Sequence record: ON287376.1
Strand: one strand, 5' to 3'
Length of the DNA stretch: 64,000 nt
In this document: positions 61,640 to 64,000 of the stretch, piece after piece
Numbering within the stretch: the first letter of the stretch is position 1
How the letters are laid out: every line of letters begins with the position of its first letter
The notes under the pieces: model-generated
The model's input: only the letters and a program-made list of their open reading frames with translations
What the model was told of the DNA's origin: nothing
The model's database searches: none
Translations under genes and position numbers: made by a program

Positions 61640-62080
61640 ATGTCTGAACATTCGCGCGTAGTTAACGAAGATGGCACCATTACTATCTTCGTAAGTAAGT
61701 TAGGTGTCCCGTCTAAAATCGACGGACGGATCTATAACGCTTCGGAAGAAGTAATCGATAAGTTCACTAAGGACAACATCGGTAAAGTCGTAGGTACGTT
61801 TGGGCACCCGGACATGACTGGCTTTGTCGATGTCGCCGATTACTTCAAGCGACTCGAAGCAAAAGATACGTTTAACAGCATCGGGATCTTGGTAGACGCC
61901 GACCTTAAGGCAGACGAGCCGTATCTCGTAATCGAACCGAGCAAGCGCCTCAGAAAGATGGTTGACGATAACGTACCATTTGGACTAGGTATACGCGCTA
62001 TTGTGATCGCACATTCACTTGAGTCGAACAATGTTCTAACTATTGAAAAACTCATCGGCTACGATGTCGTCACTAAGTAA
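61640..62080 (+). CDS. Degenerate T4 gp21-like prohead protease fold (146 aa)
   Basis: DGRIY..VVGTFGHPD resembles NxRxY..ALGELxHP; GLGIRA replaces the catalytic GVSSRG. Confidence 0.45.
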   Translation: MSEHSRVVNEDGTITIFVSKLGVPSKIDGRIYNASEEVIDKFTKDNIGKVVGTFGHPDMTGFVDVADYFKRLEAKDTFNSIGILVDADLKADEPYLVIEPSKRLRKMVDDNVPFGLGIRAIVIAHSLESNNVLTIEKLIGYDVVTK

Positions 62081-62090
62081 CTAAAAACAT

Positions 62091-62106
62091 GAGGGCTTCG
62101 GCCCTC
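62091..62106 (+). terminator. Terminator
   Basis: GAGGGC-TTCG-GCCCTC plus T-tract. Confidence 0.75.
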
Positions 62107-62130
62107 TATTATTTTTGTCAGGAGATCACC

Positions 62131-62682
62131 ATGGCTAACAAAACGAGAGAACAGATGCTCGAAGAATTGAAAGTAGCAATTAACGCAAACGTCCAACAAT
62201 GCTCCCGCATCGCAAAAACAAAAGAAGAAGCGGCCGTCATGGTCGCCGGGTCTATCCTCCGTATTCTGGACGGGGTAACTTCTTCTTTCCCTCACGCAGT
62301 TAACCTGGTGGCTAACGCGAACACGAAAGAGGATAAAGAATATCTTCGCTCAACTAACCGCGATTGGCTGAGTGAGGACACCGACTTTACTCCAATGGAT
62401 TATATCTATAAATCGATAACGATCGATTACCAACCTGCAGATTTCTTCCCGTCTTTAGTTAAGCGTTATAAAGACATGGCTATGTCGCTTAATCTGGAAG
62501 ACCCTACCATGACAGGTAGTCATTTGGTCTGGATGTTAGAAGAGTTGGCTTCTAATGAAGATCAGTCCGATACCAAGAAACATCGTTGGTTAGGTTACAT
62601 CCAGGGCATCCTTATTGCGCACGGCGTAACTACCGTCGATGAAGAACGTAACTTTACTCGGAGGATCTTCAATGGTGCGTAA
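62131..62682 (+). CDS. Conserved phage hypothetical protein (KKHRWLGYIQG..ERNFTR)
   Basis: AGGAG SD before ATG 62131; the ORF-track start at 62089 lies in a terminator. Confidence 0.75.
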   Translation: MANKTREQMLEELKVAINANVQQCSRIAKTKEEAAVMVAGSILRILDGVTSSFPHAVNLVANANTKEDKEYLRSTNRDWLSEDTDFTPMDYIYKSITIDYQPADFFPSLVKRYKDMAMSLNLEDPTMTGSHLVWMLEELASNEDQSDTKKHRWLGYIQGILIAHGVTTVDEERNFTRRIFNGA

Positions 62683-62797
62683 GGTTTGGGAACGTCGATT
62701 AGAGATCATTATTGTTTTGGTCTTTGTTGTTTGTATCCCGGCCGCTGTAGTCGCGGCATTGATGTTCCTTCTGGAAATGAACGGTAGCCTTAAATGA
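62672..62797 (+). CDS. Small TM peptide (41 aa, not in ORF track)
   Basis: GGAGG SD; single hydrophobic helix; coupled on both sides. Confidence 0.55.
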   Translation: MVRKVWERRLEIIIVLVFVVCIPAAVVAALMFLLEMNGSLK

Positions 62798-62919
62798 ATT
62801 CTAAAGAAAACTTCATTTCATGGATTAACTCGATAGTAACCGCTGCAGTAATCGCGCTGCCGGTACTAATCTCGATGATCTTACTCCTTTACTTTTCTAC
62901 TGGTGGGGAAGTCTACTGA
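62794..62919 (+). CDS. Small TM peptide (41 aa, not in ORF track)
   Basis: ATGA and TGATG coupling; single hydrophobic helix. Confidence 0.55.
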   Translation: MNSKENFISWINSIVTAAVIALPVLISMILLLYFSTGGEVY

Positions 62920-63380
62920 TGTTCCTTGAAACGTATCGTGATATGTGGAGATCCTTCTATACTCGCTACCGTTACGAAGGGGCAAAAGGAAAGGTCTTTA
63001 AATTCGCCGTATCTGAAGACGTGGCCGATACCTTAGATAAACGCATGGCAGTAATATTCCTAAAAGAGCCTGGTCAAGAACCTAAGCTCCTTTGGGTCTA
63101 TTACAACGAACCCATTTACCCTACAGTTTTCATCAGAGCGCTGAAGGCTGCGGGCGTTATTAAAGAGGGTATCGGTTACGAACACGGCTGTGCCGCCAAT
63201 CTCAGCGTGTCTAGACACTCTCGTAGCGATGTCTGGCAGATCTACACTGGTTCGCGGCCATTGTTGAAAGTAGGGTTGTTTAGCTCTACGTTCTACGCCA
63301 AAGCTATCGATCACGTCGGCTTCTTGGTAAATGACCATAAAGCCTTTCTCAAATTCTGTACTAATAAGGGTCTAAAATGA
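62919..63380 (+). CDS. Hypothetical protein (153 aa)
   Basis: TGATG coupling. Confidence 0.7.
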   Translation: MFLETYRDMWRSFYTRYRYEGAKGKVFKFAVSEDVADTLDKRMAVIFLKEPGQEPKLLWVYYNEPIYPTVFIRALKAAGVIKEGIGYEHGCAANLSVSRHSRSDVWQIYTGSRPLLKVGLFSSTFYAKAIDHVGFLVNDHKAFLKFCTNKGLK

Positions 63381-64000
63381 GCATTGCTACATTAGAGAAA
63401 TATAAAAAAGGTTTCCATGAATCTAAGCGCTTTACTCCTTGGATGGTTAACTTTGCCGAGGGTTTCATCGACCTATTCCTCGTAGCAGACGGGGAATACT
63501 CTTATTTGTTGAGTAGTCGTTTTACGTTGCACGAGCTGAGTGGTCACATCTCCGACCAACCTGCGTTACTCGCAGCGGTCACGGCCATATGGCAATCAAA
63601 TCCTAACCTGGTTCGCGTTGTACTGCGCGTCTGCGATCTTTTGCAAAACGGTCATCGACTCGACGTACTTGAAGAGATCGATCCAAATAAGGTTAAGTAC
63701 GACCAGATGTCGGATGTAACCTATTACGAAGGTTACGATATCGTTAAACAGGGCGATGAGTGGCTGGCGGTCTATCGTTCGAGAGTCCATCCTAGCGATA
63801 CTTACAGCACCTGGCAAAGTTTCGGGGAACGTACTCCGGTTAAGTTCCCATACGACCCGCTGGATGAAGCGGAGAAGACTTACTACACGACCCCGTATAT
63901 CCCTCTTCCGTCTGGCGGTGAGGAACTGGAGTATACGACCATTCCTAAAGGGACGGATGTTGATCTTTGGTTAACTGAACAGGCAACTAAGTACTACTAC
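63377..64000 (+). CDS. Hypothetical protein, 3'-truncated by window edge (MSIATLEKYKKGFHES..)
   Basis: ATGA coupling, AAGGG SD; frame open to the window end. Confidence 0.7.
   Translation, partial: MSIATLEKYKKGFHESKRFTPWMVNFAEGFIDLFLVADGEYSYLLSSRFTLHELSGHISDQPALLAAVTAIWQSNPNLVRVVLRVCDLLQNGHRLDVLEEIDPNKVKYDQMSDVTYYEGYDIVKQGDEWLAVYRSRVHPSDTYSTWQSFGERTPVKFPYDPLDEAEKTYYTTPYIPLPSGGEELEYTTIPKGTDVDLWLTEQATKYYY

Noticed and set aside
8311-62130. ORF-track starts at 8311, 16721, 28510, 49766 and 62089
   Set aside because: They begin in terminators or promoter motifs; downstream starts with SD (8356, 16769, 28603, 49880, 62131) fit better
1-64000. CRISPR array, DGR, invertase shufflon, integrase or IS
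   Set aside because: No repeat-spacer array, reverse transcriptase, recombinase or transposase motifs seen, and tailspike similarity is at protein level. A self dot-plot would be needed to exclude hidden nucleotide repeats.

Overview
This 64-kb window is almost entirely on the + strand and looks like part of a lytic jumbo phage genome, probably phiKZ-like (Chimalliviridae-type) with a Gammaproteobacteria/Enterobacterales host. That placement is an inference from phiKZ-type TATATTAC early and TATG late promoter motifs, jumbo-phage-type virion domains and an SspB homologue; no hallmark RNAP, chimallin or capsid gene lies in the window. Positions 1-21.2 kb hold a tandem array of nine beta-helix tailspike/depolymerase genes. 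Most share an N-terminal anchor and sit in terminator + TATG-promoter cassettes; one is a double-tailspike fusion and one lacks the anchor. Two more beta-helix virion proteins with a different anchor follow at 24.3-28.4 kb. The rest is an accessory/early region of about 75 small ORFs, including dUTPase (with a duplicated C-terminal domain), ThyA, DHFR, thymidine kinase, PhoH, SspB, a T4 gp30.3/NADAR-like protein, an ADP-ribosyltransferase-like protein, a BCS1-like AAA ATPase, a family of secreted two-Cys paralogues and a 38-aa acidic peptide. The strongest unexplained signal is TCATA, the late-promoter motif TATGA on the minus strand, placed between the stop codon and terminator hairpin of at least seven genes including dut and thyA; it suggests built-in antisense late promoters. 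All family assignments are by-eye motif recognition; no database search was run.
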